DNA of 64,000 nucleotides from Octopus sinensis (taxonomy: Eukaryota): positions 5,766,001 to 5,830,000 of the forward strand of contig NC_043002.1 in the NCBI RefSeq assembly GCF_006345805.1, read 5' to 3'. The notes beneath the pieces are model-generated. The model was not told the DNA's origin. It searched no databases and worked only from the letters and a program-made list of their open reading frames with translations. The translations under genes and the position numbers were made by a program. Shown here in pieces: positions 49,942-64,000 of the stretch. Within the stretch, counting starts at the first letter, position 1, and every line of letters starts with the position of its first letter.

Positions 49942-50580
49942 CAGGCATGATTGTGTGGTAAGAAGCTTGCTTCCCAATCACATGGTTCTGGGTTCAGTCT
50001 CACTGTATGGCACCTTGAGCAAATGTCTTCTATAGCCTTATGAGAGGATTTGGTTGATAGAAGCTGGCAGAATCGGTAGCACGCTGGACAAAATGCGTAA
50101 CCGTATTTCGTCTGCCACTACATTCTGAGTTCAAATTCCGCTGAGGTTGACTTTGCCTTTCATCCTTTCGGGGTCGATAAATTAAGTACCAGTTTCGCAC
50201 TGGGGTCGATATAATCGACTTAATCCGTTTGTCTGTCCTTCTTTGTCCCCTCTGTGTTTAGCCCCTTGTGGGTAGTAAATAAATATATATAAATGTGGGT
50301 GTTTGTGTGTGTACATGTATGTGGATGTGTTTGCGTGCGCATGTGTATGTGTGTACATGTGCGCATGTGTGTGTGTGCATGTGTGTGTGTGCATGTGTGT
50401 CTTTGTGTCTGTGTTTGCCCCCACCCCCACCACTTGACAACCAGTGTTGGTGTGTTTATGTCCCTGTAACTTAGCGGTTCAGCAAAAGAGACTGATAGAG
50501 TAAGGACCAGGTTTAAAAAGAAGTAAATTCTTCAAGGCGGTGCCCCAGCATGGGCACAGTCTAATGACTGAAATGTGTAA
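49942..50580 (+). mobile_element. SINE A interrupted by SINE B (50060-50283)
   Basis: A head 49942-50058, B body, then A microsatellite and tail. Confidence 0.8.
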
Positions 50581-50835
50581 AAGCCTTTGGTTGCCCTGAG
50601 GCTGTGGCTAAAGATATTTAAGGTTGTTCTACAGTAGGATTGACATCTGAAAACAAAGTGAATGCAAAGTAAACTTCATAACTGTACTCATGAATAAGAA
50701 AACTCAGATTGGATGCTTGACCACATAGGTAGGTATCTGAGGTGTGCAGTACCCTGATCTCACAGTCACAGTTTCTCATATGATGAGGTCATGGAGAGAA
50801 GGGGGAAGAATTGTATTCTTTAATTTGGATCATAA

Positions 50836-51006
<171 letters not shown>

Positions 51007-51544
51007 TAACATTCTCTGGTCATCTTCAGATGCTCTGTTCTTATCATCATCATCATTATCAGTTAACATTTATTTTCCATGCTGGCATGGTTGGACAGTT
51101 TTGACAAGATCTGATGAGTTGTAGGACTGCATTGAGCTCCTGTGTCAGCTTTGGCATGATTTCTGCAGTTGGAATCCCTTCCTAATACCAACCACTTTAC
51201 AGAGTGTGCTGGGTGCTTTTTTTTCTGTGACACTGGCTTTAATGAGGTCAACAAATAACTTGCAAGAAAAGACAAAACCCCCTCAATTGAGTGTGATTGC
51301 ATTTGAGAGAGAGAGTGGGGAATGGCTTTATGCCAGGTGTTGAGAGGCTAAAGTATGATGGAGGGCCAAGCGCAGATGTCTTGCAATAATAGTTAAGATA
51401 TCTGACTACTCCACATTATATAAGCATAAGTAGGAGTAGCTGGAAAGGAGATGAAGATGGTGGCATTGAGGGGCCAGAGTTAGGCAGTATTTGGAAGTGT
51501 TCAGAGCAGGCTCAAAAAAAAGTACATCAGTACTCCAGTGAGTA

Positions 51545-51895
51545 ATGTAGTTCATGTATTCATCATCATCCTCGTTTAACATCTGCCTTCATCATCATCA
51601 TCGTTTAACGTCCGTTTTCCATGCTAGCATGGGCTGGACGGTTCAACTGGGGTCTGGGAAGCCAGGAGGCTGCACCAGGCTCCAGTCTGTTTCTACAGCT
51701 GGATGCCCTTCCTAATGCCAACCACTCCGCGAGTGTAGTGGGTGCATTTTTACGTGCCACTGGCACAGGTGCCAGGCGAGGCTGGCAACGGCCACGATCA
51801 GTTGGTGCTTTTTATGTGCCACTGGCACGGAGGCCACTTGAGGCAGCACTGGCAACGGCCATGTTCGGATGGATCTTTTTACATGCCACTGGCCA
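51545..51895 (-). mobile_element. RTE-related dispersed repeat (antisense to MELK)
   Basis: Duplicated (CAT)n end plus core. Confidence 0.85.
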
Positions 51896-52532
51896 AAGCA
51901 TCATTGTAGTGGTGGGGATGGTCCTGTTAAAGGTCTCTCTATTGGCCAAGAGATTAGATAGTTATTTACTAATGCCTGGAACCAGGTTTCTAATTACAGC
52001 AGCAGATAGTTTGAGCTCTTGTGTATATATACTGTATCTTTGTTATGCTTCCTGTATGGGTAATACTTACTTGTACTGAGGTCAAGGTTATATCTAAGAT
52101 ATAATGTGTGTGTGAGTGGCAGGGTGTTAGTCTCTTTGGCTTGATGTTGTGCTGCAGTTGCAAATAAGTACCACTGTCATGCAAGTAGTGACCTTCATTT
52201 CCAATCTTTTGTGGTAACATGTCTGGTTATGGTGAAACGTTATCTTAGAAACAGGTGAAGGTTGGCCATTGGAAGGGCTTCTGGCTGTAGAAGATCCGCC
52301 TCCACAGATTCTGTCTGACCATGTAAGCTTGAAAAGGTGAATATTGAAACAATGATGATGATGCAGTTCTCATGTTGCAGATAATCCAACTATATATTGT
52401 CTGCTGTACTTTTAACGCTCTTTAGAGTGCAGTCTCTTCTGCTTTTTTGAACAACAAAATCCTTTGTTGAACAGTTTCTCTCCTTATATGGTAACAGAAT
52501 TCTCCGTCTGTTTTAATACCTATTAAAAGCTC

Positions 52533-52758
52533 AAACTACCCACAAGGGGCTAAACACAGAGAGGACAAATAAGGACAGACAAACGGATTAAGTCGATTAT
52601 ATTGACCCAAGTGCGTAACTGGTACTTATTTAATCGACCTCGAAAGGATGAAAGGCAAAGTTGGCCTCTGCGGAATTTGAACTCAGAACGTAGCGGCAGA
52701 TGATATACTGCTAAGCATTTCGCCCGGCGTGCTAATGGTTCTGCCAGCTTGCCGCCTT
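52533..52758 (-). mobile_element. SINE family B
   Basis: Consensus match. Confidence 0.85.
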
Positions 52759-53005
52759 TAATACCATAGCATTACCATTGGTGACCTGAACAAAGTCAAC
52801 TGTTACAAGCATTTGGGTCAGGTTTCCAGTGAGAGGTAACTCCATACACTATTTTGTATCACGACAAGAGTTTCCTTTCTCTCACCAGTCTTGGAAGTCC
52901 TGCAAAAGTCATATCCATTGTCTATCGTCTATATTAATTGTACTCAGTATTTTTGATATTATACCCACTGGAGATACAAAAAAAGTTAAACAGATTTAAA
53001 ATAGG

Positions 53006-53402
53006 CGTAGGAGTGGCTGTGTGGTAAGTAGCTTGTTTACCAACCACATGGTTCCGGGTTCAGTCCCACTTACCTTGGGTAAGTGTCTTCTACTATAGCT
53101 TCGGGTTGACCAAAGCCTTGTGAGTGGATTTGGTAGACGGAAACTGAAAGAAGCCTGTCGTATATATGTATATGTCTGTGTATATGTTTGTGTGTCTGTG
53201 TTTGTCCCCCCCAACATCGCTTGACAACCGATGCTGGTATGTTTACGTCCCCGTAACTTTGTGGTCCGGCAAAAGAGACCGATAGAATAAGTACTAGGCT
53301 TCCAAAGAATAAGTCCTGGGGTCGATTTGCTCGACTAAAGGCGGTGCTCCAGCATGGCTGCAGTCAAATGACTGAAACAAATAAAAGAGTAAAGAGTAAG
53401 AG
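53006..53402 (+). mobile_element. SINE family A
   Basis: Consensus match. Confidence 0.9.
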
Positions 53403-54032
53403 ATTAAATGAAAAATAATTACTAGATGCAATGGCCTATAAAACTTAAACCCCACTGTTTTAATGTTGAAATTTTAAAAGAAAAAATATAGATAACTATT
53501 GCTTATTTTTGTTTTAATCCTGTTTGTGTGTAACAAAACTATCATGTTTTCCAAAATCCTTTGGTTATGGATTTTGTAAAACCTTAACCTATACTTTTTG
53601 AAAATCCACAGGGCACTGTTTGAGAACACTGCCTAAATTATGGAAAAAGAAATTATATAGTTCTCATGTTAATTTTTGGCTTATCAAAAGACCAGCCCTA
53701 TTGACCCCTTTGGTACTTATTTTTGGTAGTTTGGAGAACTAAGGCAATATAGAATGAAGTGTTTGGTCCAGAATTTCCAACTATTGAAACACAGGACCAG
53801 TTCCTTATCCTCTTGATAATTTTAATTCTACTCATTGAAACAAGGAAGGTACTTCAAATATAGTTGTTCAATATGTTAGAAATTGCAACCAGACCTCCCT
53901 CAAATCAAACTGTACTGTTTTTTTCTTTTTAAAAAAAGGCACATTTTAAAAGCTCAAAAAAAAAAACAAACCTGTCATAGCTTTTAACCATTGGTCTATT
54001 TGGAGCTAAGCAACAAAAATCTCTATTTGTGA

Positions 54033-54233
<201 letters not shown>

Positions 54234-54759
54234 TGACTATTTATGTGTTTTGATTAATTTTCAGTATAACACATTTAAAATAACTAGAGATATTAAATTT
54301 CTAAATATCTCAGAGAGATATTTGAGTGGTGGTGGAGCAATAGAGCGGTTGTATGCTGTCAACTTAACGTGACAGTCCCATGAAGGGAATCACACCACCA
54401 CTATTTAGCCCTAGGAAGCATCGACGCTTCCTGTCGGCTTTGACACATTTCCTGTGTCCTTATATTTATGAAGGGGAGACAAGCACCCCCAACAGCTAGG
54501 GCTAGCACCTAGAGACATGAATGTTTCTGAATCTTGCTCATCATCAGTCTGCTGTAGCATGGCCCTGCTAGTTGAAGATGCTTGTAAAGCCTTCGCAAAT
54601 ATATATATTTTCAGTGAAGTTTATTCACTGATCACCAAAATTACAAATTTTAAATTTCAAAATATCTCAGAGAGATATGAGCAGTGGTGGAGCGATAAAG
54701 CGGTTGTATACAAAAGAATGAAATATATTATTGATTGTTTACCACAAAAATTTAGGTTG

Positions 54760-55400
54760 CATTATATAATATAATAATGAAATTCTTGTATACAGTACTC
54801 AGGTGCACCACAACTTGTCAGAAAGTGCATATAAAGTATATGCAGTAATGTACAAATGTCTGGAAAGTGAACAATGTATGAGTCAGATACATGCTTGTGT
54901 GTGTATGGAGGGGAGAAAATCAGGTGTAGTGTTGGCGAATCTCAGAAAGCATGGAAGTTTTGAAGGATGCAGTGCTCCGACAACTAACAACTGATGCCGG
55001 CAGTTTGTTCCATGCTTCAGCAACTCTTAGCGTGAAAAAATGTTTCCTGAAGTCATGGAAGGAGCTGTGCTGTTTTCTGACTTTGTAAACATGTCCACGG
55101 GTGTTAGACAGGTGGAGATTGAAAAGGTGCTCAGAGTTATTGTTTGTAAGATGGTTAATTATTTTATGGGTTTCTGCCAAGTCAGCTGCCAGACATCGGA
55201 GTTTCAATGTGTCCATGCCCAGGGAAGTAAGGCGTTCAGAATATGGCAAATGCCTGATGGAGGGTATTCTTTTGGTTGCACGTCGCTGAACAGTTTCTAG
55301 ACGATTGATATCCTGTGCAAGATAGGGGTTCCAGACCGGTGATGCAAATTCCAGGTGAGGTCTTACCATAGCTATATTAAGCTGCAGATAGATACCTGAG
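54760..55400 (-). mobile_element. CR1-clade LINE 3' fragment (second family)
   Basis: VRPHLEFASPVWNPY...LETVQRRATK...WNKLP; its 3' end sequence recurs at 29400-29445. Confidence 0.9.
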
Positions 55401-55489
55401 TAAAAATAATCAAGATTTTGGTACCTTTATTTGTTATTAATTCTGCTGGTGTTTACTAACATTCATAATAATACAATTATAAGTTCTGA

Positions 55490-55678
<189 letters not shown>

Positions 55679-56062
55679 TAGAATCCCAGGGATTCCAATT
55701 AATTTTCTTATTCCACTAACTGCATAGAAATGTAACTTGGAAATTTTGTGAAGAGTTTTTTATTAAAAACCTTTTGAGAAACCAGTGTTGGTGAAACCAT
55801 GAAATCCCAGTTGCTCTTTCTTTCACACCAAAACACAGAAGGACAGTCTGACTTCGGTCTCCATTACTCTCTGTGTGTAAAATGAAAGAGTAGTTTTATT
55901 TTTTGTGTGTACAGGTAGTCATTGAGACTCCCCTTTTTGCCTTTTGTACTCCTCAGACTTATGGAAATTCAAGGAGGACCAAAACTAAATAGACAAATTT
56001 TGAGGACTGCCTTTATGAGTGTGTGTAGTAATTTTATTACTTTTATCTGTTTTTTTATATAG

Positions 56063-56131
56063 GAAAACATTTTACTGGATGAACATCACAATGTTAAAAT
56101 CATTGACTTTGGACTTTGTGCTAAACCTAAG
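56063..56131 (+). CDS. MELK: MELK exon 5 (ENILLDEHHNVKIIDFGLCAKPK)
   Basis: AG/GTTAGT, 69 nt; DFGLCAKPK is MELK-diagnostic. Confidence 0.98.
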
Positions 56132-56259
56132 GTTAGTTCAATGGTATTTTTTCTTTTGTCATTAATGATTCGTAAAACATTTCCCCCTTGGGACACAGAA
56201 CTCTGCTTGCGAAGACCTGTCGAAGCAAGTGAAATCGAAATCGCTCAAAAATCAATGGA

Positions 56260-56592
56260 AATTGTAGTTGTGATACCAGTGCCGGTGGCACGTAAAAGAA
56301 CCATCCGAACATGGCTGTTGCCAGCGCCACCCCGACTGGCCTCCGTGCTGGTGGCACGTAAAAAGTACCAACTGATTGTGGCCGTTGCCAGCCTCGCCTG
56401 GCAACTGTGCCAGTGGCACGTAAAAAGCACCCACTACACTCACAGAGTGGTTGCGAAGGGCATCCAGCTGTAGAAACACTGCCAGATCAGACTGGAGCCT
56501 GGTGCAGCCTCCTGGCTTCCCAGACCTCGGTCGAACCGTCCAACCCATGCTAGCATGGAGAGCGGACGTTAAACGATGATGATGATGATGAT
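56260..56592 (+). mobile_element. RTE-related dispersed repeat
   Basis: Subrepeats, core, (GAT)n tail. Confidence 0.85.
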
Positions 56593-56941
56593 GCTTATAT
56601 ATAAAAAAAACAAATGTTAGTTTGTTTATATCCATGCAGCTATTCCAGTGTGTTTTTGCAAGTCACAACATAAACCCTATTTGCACTGATTCCTTCCTAG
56701 TCCCTAATTAGGTCAGTCATGGATAACTTGCAATCCTTTTTACCTTCTGCATGGTACACTTGATTCCATGATCATATCAGCACAGTTTCATTTTTTTTTT
56801 TATTATTCATTTTCATTTCCATAGGATAATGAGATATCATCATCATCATCATCAGTAGAAAGAAAATGGCAGCACCAGTTTAACAACTAAAAATTTTGAA
56901 ATTTTGTTTTATTTTTTAAAAAAAGTTTATTTAAAAATTAA

Positions 56942-57300
<359 letters not shown>

Positions 57301-57639
57301 AATAATAATAATAATAATGATGATGATAATAATAATACAAAACAAAACAAAAAAAAAAACTAATCCAGTTTCACTCGCAAGTTTTGAGTCACCCCAAAAC
57401 TATAGTAGAAGATATTTGCCCAAGGTGACAGCAGAGTTGGAACTATGTGATTGAAAATCAAACTTATTAACCACATGACCATTTCTACACTCTCTTTAAT
57501 CCTTTAGCATTCAGATTATTTTATCAAATTTAATGATTATTTATTCAAATCATTTTGAATTAATCCAGCATTATCTCATAGCTTTGAGATTTCAATGATG
57601 TAATAATATCTTTTTGGAATGACCTCCTGTATAGGTAGT

Positions 57640-57862
57640 GCATAAAAAACACCTTTTGAGTATAGTCGTTGCCAGAACTGCCTGACTGGCCCTCATGCCG
57701 GTGGTACTACACTCTCAGAGTGGTTGGCGTTAGGAAGGGCATCCAGCTGTAGAAACTTTGCCAGATCAGATTGGAGTCTGGTGCAGCCTTCTGGCTCACC
57801 AGTCCTCAATCAAACTGTCCAACCCATGCTAGCATGGAAAGCGGACGTTAAACGATGATTAT
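57640..57862 (+). mobile_element. RTE-related dispersed repeat (deleted)
   Basis: Core and tail. Confidence 0.8.
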
Positions 57863-58282
57863 TATTATTACTGTAATGTTCATAGTTTTCTATTAATGTA
57901 GTTAATATTAAAAAATACAGAAAAATTCATCAAGTGTGTCTGAAGTAATGAATTTAAACGATTGCTATTTTTTCTGTTCCTGTTTCACTTTCTGATCTGA
58001 TTGGCTTTTCCTCTTCATCTCTATAGGTTAAAGGTATTTATACACTTTCACACCATGAAGGAGATCATTCTTCATAGATAATGGGGCTCATAAGTACTTC
58101 CCTTTTTTATTATTAATCTTCTGAAAAGGGCAGTGGATTGGTAGTACCACTGTAGTGTATAGTGAAAAAGTCCCTTGTAGTATTTCTTTAGCTCTTTATG
58201 TTCAATCAAGATCTGATTTTCATCCCTCTAAGGTCAATAGAATATATTATCTGTCAAGTACTGGAGTCAATGGTCTTGACCA

Positions 58283-58522
58283 CCCTTCTTATTTCTTTAT
58301 TGCCCACAAGGGGCTACACACAGAGGAGACAAACAAGGACAGACAAACGGATAAAGTCGATTACATTGACCCCAGTGTGTAACTGGTACTTAATTTATTG
58401 ACCCCGAAAGGATGAAAGGCAAAGTCGACCTCGGTGGAATTTGAACTCAGAACGTAGCGGCAGATGAAATACCGCTAAGCGTTTTGCCCGGCGTGCTAAC
58501 GTTTCTGCCAGCTTGCCGCCTT
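58283..58522 (-). mobile_element. SINE family B
   Basis: Consensus match. Confidence 0.9.
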
Positions 58523-58524
58523 TG

Positions 58525-58652
58525 TTTTGGAGCAACGTGAAAATGAAGTGTTTTGCTCAAGAACACTGCGTCACCTGGTCCAGGAATCGAAACCACAATC
58601 TTACGATCATGATGCTGATACCCTAACCACTAAGCCACGTGCCTCCACATTG
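58525..58652 (-). mobile_element. tRNA-derived SINE family D, 5' part
   Basis: Reverse complement resembles 59110-59235. Confidence 0.7.
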
Positions 58653-59109
58653 ACTCTCCCCCTCTTACCAAATTTCAAACCTTGTGTTTACATTAGAACA
58701 ATTATTAATTTTTTGGAAGATATATGTTTGAGCAGATATCTCAATCTCTCGACTCTATGTATGACCTAAATCAACTTATGTTTCATGTAAAATCCACGGA
58801 AAAAGATCTATTAATAATATTATTGTCATTGAAGCTCTTGTTAAAAACTTTCATATTTTTTCTTGTTCTATATTTTGATTGCGTTTGGTCAGCTTTTATT
58901 TTTGTTAATATAATTAATATAAGTGTTTATTTTTTTTATTTATATCACTTCTTGAACTTTTCAAAACCTTGAGACATATTTATACAATATAGAAAGGTTA
59001 TACACAACTTTCACAGCTTGGGAAATTAATAAAAATTCAAGGTTTATGAAGAGTGACCTCCTTTGTGGTATGATTGTATGAATATCTGTTATGTATCTCG
59101 CAGGTGTGA

Positions 59110-59445
59110 AGGCGCGTGGCTCAGTGGTTAGAGTGTCGAGCTTACGATCATGAGATTGTGAGCTCGAATCTGGACCGGGCTGCATGTTGTGTTCTTGAGC
59201 AAGACCCTTTATTTCACATTGCTCCAGTTCACTCAGCAGTAGAAATGAGTTGCGATATCACAGGTGCCAAGCTGTATCGACCTTTTGCTTTTCCCTTGGA
59301 TAACACTGGTGGCGTGGAGAGGGGAGGCCGGTATGCATGGGCGACTGCTGGTCTTCCATAAACAACCTTGCCCGGACTTGTGCCTGTGAGGGTAACTCTC
59401 TAGGTGCAATCGCATGGTCTGTGTTATGACCGAAGGGAGTCTCAG
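59110..59445 (+). mobile_element. tRNA-derived SINE family D
   Basis: A-box GTGGCTCAGTGGTTAGAG, B-box-like GAGCTCGAATC, CORE-like ttgagcaag...ttgctccagttcactcagc. Confidence 0.75.
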
Positions 59446-59914
59446 AATCTCGCAGGTTAAATTGAATTAGTGACTTATCACCCCCAACAAATTTGTAGCT
59501 TTCTGTCTGAGAAATATTTTCATCTCATTCTCTCTCTATTGGATTAGGCTTGATGGCTCATTGATGAGCTCTTGAAAGAATTAACACGTGAAAAATAAAT
59601 GATTGCCAGTCTCTTAAATTAAGTCTCCTTTCTAATAATTTTGTATCTCCACCATCTCCACATTCTCAGTTTTACTCATGTTAATCTTGTTCATTGTTAT
59701 TCAACTTAGTTTGGCAAATAAAACTCTCTTAACATCATAAAAACCAAAGCAAAAACAAAAGATACACCTATTTAATCTAGGCACAAATATTCTGCATGCT
59801 CCAAACGATGTGGTTCAAAAAATAGATGCTACATTATAACTGAGCTATGATGTAGTAAGGAGAACCAAATATAAAAATTCTTGTCAATATCAAAATAAAT
59901 ATCAAATGGAAATT

Positions 59915-60250
59915 GTAGTTGTGATACCTGTGCCGGTGGCATGTAAAAAGTACCATCTGAACGTAGCTGATGCCAGCGCCGCCTTGACTGGCTTCTGTGC
60001 CGGTGGCACGTAAAAAGCACCAGCCGATCGTGGCCACTGCCAGCCTCCCCTGGCACCTGTGCTGGTGACACGTAAAAAGCACCCACTACACTCATGGAGT
60101 GGTTGGCGTTAGGAAGGGCATCCAGCTGTAGAAACACTGCTAGATCAGACTGGAGCCTGGTGCAGCCCCCTGGCTTCCCAGACCCCGATCGAACCGTTCA
60201 ACCCGTGCTAGCACGGAAAGCGAACGTTAAACAATGATGATGATGATGAA
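59915..60250 (+). mobile_element. RTE-related dispersed repeat
   Basis: Subrepeats, core, tail. Confidence 0.85.
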
Positions 60251-60432
60251 ATGCTAGCATGAGAAACTGTGTATCTCGACTTCCCTGCATCTCTCACTCA
60301 CTCTCTCTCTCTCTCTCAGTAAATCTCCTTATACATTAATAGTTTTTAGCTGTAACGAAGTTTGGTAATGTATTTCATTATCTTTTACATTTGATGTATG
60401 AATTATGATGTGTTTTTGTCTGCCTGGCTTGA

Positions 60433-61195
<763 letters not shown>

Positions 61196-61354
61196 TTTAC
61201 TAATTATGCTACACACGGATGCTTTGAAAGGTTCTAAGTGTGAAATGGTAGCAGCATATGACAAACGAATGCCTTTATGGAGACCTAATGAAAGCTAGCG
61301 AGACCAGGTAAAGATGGCTGTGACTGTCTGGTCACTGTGTGTGCCACCTTGAAC

Positions 61355-61502
61355 TGTCATCATCATCATCGTCGTCTAACATCCGTTTTCCATGCTAGCA
61401 TGGGTTGGACGATTTTGACTGAGGGCTGGTGAACCAGATGGTTGCACCACGCTCCAGTCTTGATCTGGCAGAGTTTCTACAGCTGGATGCCCTTCCTAAT
61501 GC
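61355..61502 (-). mobile_element. RTE-related dispersed repeat, 3' 145 bp
   Basis: Inverted relative to 61060-61195. Confidence 0.85.
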
Positions 61503-61754
61503 ATCTGTAAGCATCTAAATTATTCTTGTGGAGCTCACTCCATTGTAAGAAGAGGGAAATGCCATCACACTTACATCGACAACTTGATCACAGACACTGG
61601 CCTGGAATGTATCCAGGACATCATGGTTGTGATGTTGGTCCGAGAAGTGTGGCCAGTGGTCGTTTGTTGCTGTGGCTCAGGTTGGAACCTGGCCCTAATA
61701 ATAATAGAATAATAATATTGATTTTCAAATTTTGGTACAATACCGACAAGATCG

Positions 61755-61932
61755 TGAGATGGGGTAAGTGATTACATTGATCCCAATACTCAGCTGGTAC
61801 TTATTTTGTTGACCCTGAAAAAAATTGAAAGGCAAAGTCGACATCAGAGTTTAAACTCAGAACGTAAAGACCGATGAAACGTCGCTAAGCATTTTGCCCT
61901 GTGTGCTAATGATTCTGCCAGCTCTCCACCTC
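61755..61932 (-). mobile_element. SINE family B (diverged)
   Basis: aaggcaaagtcgacatc...aactcagaacg. Confidence 0.7.
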
Positions 61933-62154
61933 ATATAACAACAACAACAACAATAACAATAATAATAATTATGTACCTCAATGTACTCAGTTTAGTCTTG
62001 AAACTGTTCTAATTTCCTTTGCTAATTCCCTTCCAGAAAGCATGTACATTACACAATCCTATTTTCTCCATTGTTCTGTTTGAAGCATCTTGCTTCTATA
62101 TTCATTACCTTTCTCTCAATTAGTTGATAATGCATTACCTTTCTTCCACTTTAG

Positions 62155-62415
<261 letters not shown>

Positions 62416-62425
62416 TGAAGGAAGC

Positions 62426-62641
62426 ATATTCTGTTGTGTCTGGGGAGAGTCATTCTCTTTTTGTGCCTTATTATTTAACACACTCACCGGTAAAATTTCC
62501 ACTTTTTTTCTTATTTTTATTGTCCTAAAAAATTGTCCTATAAAAATAAAAAAAAAAATAAAAAGAGTGGAAATTTTACCGGTGAGTGTGTTAAATAATA
62601 AGGCACAAAAAGAAAATGACTCTCCCCAGACACAATAGAAT
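62426..62641. mobile_element. Palindromic MITE (family of 16896)
   Basis: ~75-bp near-perfect TIRs. Confidence 0.85.
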
Positions 62642-62899
62642 GTACATTTATATGTTATACATTTAGCTTGTGTAATTCTGTAGCTATCATCCCTACGTAT
62701 ACAATCATGCAGCTAAATACCAGCAACCACAACTACCTATTTCACCAGCTACACATAAATATAGCAATTTTAAATCATACTTGCTAAATTTTCTAAAATT
62801 GATTCATATTTGAGTCTACGCGTTGGCATCAGTTGTCTCAGATATTACAAGGGAGATAACTGCTTTGATACCAAAAGTTGGTCGACGTTACCTCTTGTA

Positions 62900-63313
62900 G
62901 GATCTTTTCGGTTTGAACGGCAGTTTTTTCTAGCGTTGTCATATGAAATTGCCACCCATAGTTATGACCCTAGTATCGATCTATTGCATTTGAATCTGTT
63001 TTAGGGTTAGGGGTGGGGGGAAGGGTATCTTTTTTTCTTCAGAAATGTAAATAAACCCAATCTGTTTCTTAAATGAGGGACATATTCATACGGCACAGAA
63101 TGTTTTCACCTTAATAGACGTCATTGATTGGTTGAAATTGCAGAAATTGAAGAAAAAAACAACAACAAATATCTTACAAATTATAGAATTTTCTCAATAA
63201 AGCCAAGAGAAAAAGATGTTTTATAAACACATTCTACCAGTATACGAAGTTTAAAAGTGTTTAGTTACGTGGAAATTATTTTTAAAAAACTGTTGGTCAA
63301 ACCGAAAACATCC
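62900..63313 (+). mobile_element. hAT-type MITE
   Basis: TIRs; flanking direct repeat CCTCTTGTA (9 bp, or 8 plus one extra C). Confidence 0.88.
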
Positions 63314-63689
63314 CCTCTTGTATGATATTGAATTAAATGTCTAATTTTAAAGTTTCATATTCAAATTAAAATTTTCCATCATAATTTTACAAATGAAACT
63401 TTTATTAACAAATACCTATTTAGATAGGAAAAAGACCCCCCCCCCCAGCTATGCTAATTTTCTGTGAAAAGTGATTTGTCTAAATTGTCTGATAATTCTT
63501 TGTTATTGTTCAAAATTGATTTAAACACTTGGAGAGCATCTTTTAATTAGAAAGATAGGCACAAAAGAGTCAAAGTGATAGGAAATTTACAATTTTCATT
63601 TAACGACGATGAAAATGTTGCTCACTGGTTGTGATATCTCACAATCATTGGGAAATTAGCAATATCAGTTAAAGCCAGCAAATAAATTA

Positions 63690-64000
63690 TATCATCATCA
63701 TCATCATCATCATTTAACGTCTGCTTTCCATGCTAGCATGGGTTGGACAATTTGACTGAGGTCTGGCGAACCAGACTCCAATCTGATCTGGCAGAGTTTC
63801 TACAGCTGGATGCCCTTCCTAACGCCAACCACTCCGAGAGTGTAGTGGGTGCTTTTACGTGCCACTGGCACGAGGGCCAGTTTGGTGGTACTGTCAATGG
63901 CCATGCCCAAATGGTGCTTTTTATGTGCCACCTGCACAGGAGCCAGTCCAGCAGTACTGGCGACGACCTCGCTTGAATGTTTCATGTGCCACCAGCCCAA
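63690..64000 (-). mobile_element. RTE-related dispersed repeat (runs off window)
   Basis: (CAT)n, core, subrepeats. Confidence 0.85.

Noticed and set aside
63560-63690. Next MELK (UBA) exon
   Set aside because: No open frame with suitable splice sites or UBA similarity; the exon must lie beyond the window.

Overview
AT-rich, repeat-dense eukaryotic DNA. The repeat families and (TA)n/(TATG)n tracts look like a coleoid cephalopod (Octopus-like) genome; this is inferred from pattern recognition, not from a search. The one firmly identified gene is MELK (AMPK-related kinase) on the + strand. Eight coding exons (45595-62319, 831 nt, 277 aa) splice in frame with canonical GT-AG sites and cover the whole kinase domain; the UBA/KA1 part lies beyond the window. 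A cluster of E2F, CCAAT and CHR motifs at about 28.9 kb is the likely MELK promoter and may be shared with an unidentified minus-strand gene (terminal exon 21697-21884). A second minus-strand gene appears to start at 19296 (MASDNE, overlapping a YY1 motif). The rest is SINEs, RTE/CR1 LINE fragments, mariner relics, hAT/piggyBac/Tc1-type MITEs and microsatellites. Most notable: (1) a highly homogeneous 8.9-kb array of about 120 x 74-bp units that grew inside one copy of a dispersed RTE-related element, ending about 470 bp before the first MELK coding exon; (2) a minimal hammerhead ribozyme of the Penelope-like type (601-710, minus) plus a decayed relative; (3) an atypical MELK activation loop, T-P-C-G-S-A-A-Y, which is MNK-like; (4) several MELK departures from consensus that a single A-to-I edit would revert, in a pre-mRNA rich in inverted repeats.
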